A DNA stretch of 64,000 bases from the human T2T-CHM13v2.0 reference genome, Homo sapiens: NCBI RefSeq assembly GCF_009914755.1, contig NC_060940.1. One strand, 5' to 3'. This document shows positions 50,961 through 64,000 of the stretch, piece after piece (the stretch's first letter is position 1; the number at the start of each line of letters is the position of its first letter). A program made the position numbers and the translations under genes. Under the pieces are notes generated by a model. The model saw only the letters and a program-made list of their open reading frames with translations. It was not told where the DNA came from and searched no databases.

Positions 50961-51347
50961 AGGTCAGTCACAAAAGATCACATATGATTCCATTTATATA
51001 AACTGTCTGTAATAGGTGAATCTATAAAGATAGAAAGGAGATTAGTGGTTGTCTAAGACTGGGGACATTCACATGTAACTGCTAATGGTTACAGGTTTCC
51101 TTTTTTTTTTCTTTTAGAGACAGGGACTCGTTCTGTCACCCAGGCTGGAGTGCAGTTGTGCTGTCACTCACTGTAACCTTGAACTCCTGGGCTCAAGCAA
51201 TCCTTCTACCTCAGCCTCCCAAAGTGTTGAGATTACAGGCATGAGCCAATGCACTTGGCCTTGAATTGTACACTTTAAACGAGTGAATTGTATGGTACAT
51301 GGACTATATCTCTAAAGGTTTTAATAAGCTAACAAAACTAAAACCTA

Positions 51348-53735
<2,388 letters not shown>

Positions 53736-53749
53736 CTAATTACCCTAAC

Positions 53750-54640
53750 ACAGTGGTTCTTAATGGGGGACAATTTTCCTGCCCAGGAGACATTTGGTGA
53801 TGTCTGGAGACATTTGTCATGTTACAGCTTTTGCGTGGGTGGGGTGGTTTCCCCTGGCAGCTAGTGGGTAGATACTAAAACTGCCTTTGCAAAATTATAA
53901 CTGAGGAAATTATGGCAGTGAAAGAAATCAGACCTAACCGACTCCATCTTGCTTCTAACCCTTAAACTGTCCTTGTTCATTCCTGGATGTCGGCTGAACT
54001 AACTTTGGGGAGGAATTCAGTTCATAGTTTAACTCTGAAACAAAATTGATAACAGCACATTCCCAAAAAGACCCCCTTCTTGCCTGGGGACCAGTCTGCC
54101 TTTGCAGGACTAACAAATTAGCTACAAGATTTGAAATTACAGTTTAGGGGTCTGCAGCCTCTGGCTCCAAGAATCTGAACCTCCCCAAATTGCTCCTGGG
54201 GATGACATCACTACTGTGAACCCTAAGATCAGTGCTTGAGATACTTTGCAGACCCTGCACTCCATGGATCAGCTGACACCACCCAGACCGGCAGTCTGGC
54301 TCAACCAGTTCTGCCATTGCACCCAGGAACAAAGACAGCAAGAAAAACTCACTTCGACCCCCTATGATTCCATCTCCAGCCTGACCAATCAGCACTCCCC
54401 ACTTCCCAAGATTCTACCTGCCAAATTATCTTTAAAAACTCTGATCCCCGAATGCTCAGGGAGACTGATTTGAGTAATAAAACTCTGGTCTCCCACACAG
54501 CTGGCTCTGTGTGAATTAGTCTTTCACCATTGTAATTCCCCTGTCTTGATAAATCGGCTCTGTCTAGGCAGCGGGCAAGGTGAACCCACTGGGCGGTTAC
54601 AATACCAGCGGTGCTGCTCAACACTTTACATTGCATAAGG
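53750..54640 (+). mobile_element. MER20 (hAT-Charlie) split by the LTR8 insertion
   Basis: cagtggttcttaatggggga...tctggagacattt...ctagtgggtagatac, resuming after the LTR with cagcggtgctgctcaacac. Confidence 0.75.
53876..54601 (+). mobile_element. Solo LTR, LTR8 family (ERV1)
   Basis: Starts aaactgcctttgcaaaattataactgag and ends gggcggttaca; 4-bp TSD ATAC at 53872-53875 and 54602-54605. Confidence 0.85.
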
Positions 54641-54788
54641 ATCATAAACTGCAGGAGATTCCTCAGATGGCGGGAGAGGAAGGGATCCAGGAGAGAAAAG
54701 TCACTTCCTCTACTCAAAGAGGACAGGAAGCAGACAGGACCAGGATCAGGAAGGGACTGGGTCATTACCCTCAACACCAAACATGCTT

Positions 54789-55884
<1,096 letters not shown>

Positions 55885-55902
55885 AATGTTGTTTCTCCTG
55901 TC

Positions 55903-56201
55903 TTTTTTTTTTTTTTTTTTTGAGACAGAGTCTTGCTCTGTCACCCAGGCTGGAGTGCAGTGGCATGATCTCGGCTCACCGCAACTTCCGCCTCGCGGGT
56001 TCAAATGATTCTCTTGCCTCAGCCTCCCAAGTAGCTGGGATGACCGGTGTGTGCCACTACAGCCAGCTAATTTTTGTATTTTTAGTAAAAACAGAGTTTC
56101 ACCATGTTAGCCAGGACAGTCACGATCTCCTGACCTTGTGATCCACCCGCCTCGGCCTCCCAAAGTGCTGGGATTACAGGCGTGAGCCACTACACCCAGC
56201 C
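55903..56201 (-). mobile_element. Alu inserted at the tail of the full-length L1
   Basis: TSD ctcctgtcttttt at 55895-55907 and 56204-56216. Confidence 0.88.
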
Positions 56202-56211
56202 TACTCCTGTC

Positions 56212-62340
<6,129 letters not shown>

Positions 62341-62505
62341 GACCATTGGATAATTTCATTTCAATATCAGTCATTTAGTCTGGATACACCATAATGCAGA
62401 CTAATTTTCCCTCTGCTTAAGGTCCACACAAAAACATTACCAATAAAATTTACTTGTGTATCAACTTTTGCTCCCGAGGCTTGGGAGAAAAAAAAAAAAG
62501 CACTA

Positions 62506-62975
62506 GACCAGGCACAATGGCCCATGCCTGTGATCTCATTTAGGGAGGCCAAGGCAGGTGGATGAGTTTGAGACCAAGCTGGGCAACATGGAAAAACCCC
62601 ATCTCTACAAAAAAATACAAAAATTAGTCAGGTGTGGTGGCACATACCTGTGGTCCCGGAGACTCCCAAGAGTGAGGTGGGAGGATTGCTTAAGCCCACA
62701 CAGAGATTGCAGTGAACCAAGATGGCACCACTGCACTCCAGCCTGGGTGACAGAGCAAGACCCTGTCTCAAAAAAAAATCACTATACTATTGAAATTCAC
62801 AAGAAAATGTGCATACTTAACCTTCTTTTTATTTATTTATTTACTTATTTGTAATATTTTGAGATGTCATCTTGCTATGTTGCCTAGGCTGGTCTTGAAC
62901 TCCTGGGTTCAAGCCATCCTTCCATCTTGACTTCCCAAAGTACTGGGATTACAGGTGTGAGCCACCATGCCCGCC
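62506..62975. mobile_element. AluJ-like (62506-62778, plus) and FLAM-like monomer (62826-62975, minus)
   Basis: Alu consensus. Confidence 0.8.
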
Positions 62976-63209
62976 AGCCCTGCTACACTATTCTTGGCCC
63001 CTCAATGACTACATGAATTTTGGGATCAGCCTGTCGAGTTCCACGAAAAAATTATATTGGGATTTGTGTGGGAATTTCTTGAATTTATAGATTAATTTGT
63101 TGAGAAGTATTATGTTTATAGCATTGAGTCCTACGATTCATAATATATATGGCATATATTTCAATTTAGTCAGTTCTTCCTTGAAGTCCCGGGGTAATTT
63201 TTATATTTA

Positions 63210-63592
63210 TCTTAGTCCCTTTGTAGTGCTATAGCAAAACACCTGAGACTGGGTAATTTACACAGAGCAGAAATTTATTTTCTCAGTTCTGGAGGTTGGG
63301 AAGAACAAGATCAAGGCTCCAGCAGATACAGTGTCTAGTGAGGGCCTGGTCTTTGCTTCCAAGATGGTACCTTGAATGCTGCTTCCTCTGGAGCAGAAAA
63401 ATACTATGTTCTCATGACGCAGAAGGGACAGATTGACCACCACCCCCAAGCCGTTTTAAAGGCACTAATCTCATGCATGAGGGCTTGCCCTTACGTCTTA
63501 ATCACTTCTTAAAGGCCCCACTTCTTAGTGCTATCATCTTGGGAATTAAGTTTTAACACATGAATTTTGGGAGACACATTCAGGCTATCGCA
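63210..63592 (-). mobile_element. MaLR LTR (MST/MLT1A-like)
   Basis: gctatagcaaaacacctgagactgggtaattta...tctcagttctggagg...catgaattttgggagacacattcag. Confidence 0.7.
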
Positions 63593-64000
63593 ATGCTCTT
63601 CATAAAAGGCCTGGTGTATATTTTGCTAGATATATTCTCAGGGTTTTGTTGCTATTGTGAATAGAATCTCTTTTTCTATTACATTTTCTAATTTGTTATT
63701 ATTGATGTATAGGAACGCTAATAGTTTTTTAAGTTGATCTTGAATTCAACAACCTTGCTAACTCTCTTACTAGTCTTAATAATTTATCTGTATATTCTTC
63801 TGGATTTTCTGCATAGACAATCACATGGTCTGAAGATACAGGTAATTTTATTCTTTCCAGTTTAAAAATTTTATTTCCTTCATTTCTTTCTTTCTTTCTT
63901 TTCTTTTCCTTTTTCTTTTTCTTTTTTTTTTTTTTTTGAGACAGAGCCTCGCTCTGTTGCCCAGGTTGGAGTGCAGTGGCACAATCTTGGCTCACTGCAA

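Overview
Human (primate) genomic DNA, AT-rich and dense in Alu and L1 repeats. Bases ~3.5-39.3 kb hold the last 12 exons of CHD9 (+ strand). I joined them by GT-AG boundaries into one in-frame CDS of 1148 C-terminal residues: SANT/SLIDE-like region, poly-Ser tract, two BRK domains and LXXLL motifs, followed by a ~2.6 kb 3'UTR. One intron contains a TSD-flanked processed pseudogene of TRIP13. That pseudogene carries three later Alu insertions and a 3'-truncated U2 snRNA copy at its poly(A) signal. Downstream of CHD9 (~40-64 kb) is an intergenic stack of retroelements: an old L1M host, a 5'-truncated L1PA, a full-length but dead L1PA, a SNORD13 (U13) retrocopy, a 5S rRNA retrocopy, an LTR8-family solo LTR inside MER20, MaLR LTRs and many Alus. 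I see no evidence of a new protein-coding system. The most unusual signal is a ~140-bp tract where two L1 copies 13.9 kb apart, apparently of different subfamily age, share a cluster of private disabling mutations, which suggests local L1-to-L1 gene conversion. Repeat family names come from recalled consensus sequences, not from a RepeatMasker run, and repeat boundaries are approximate.
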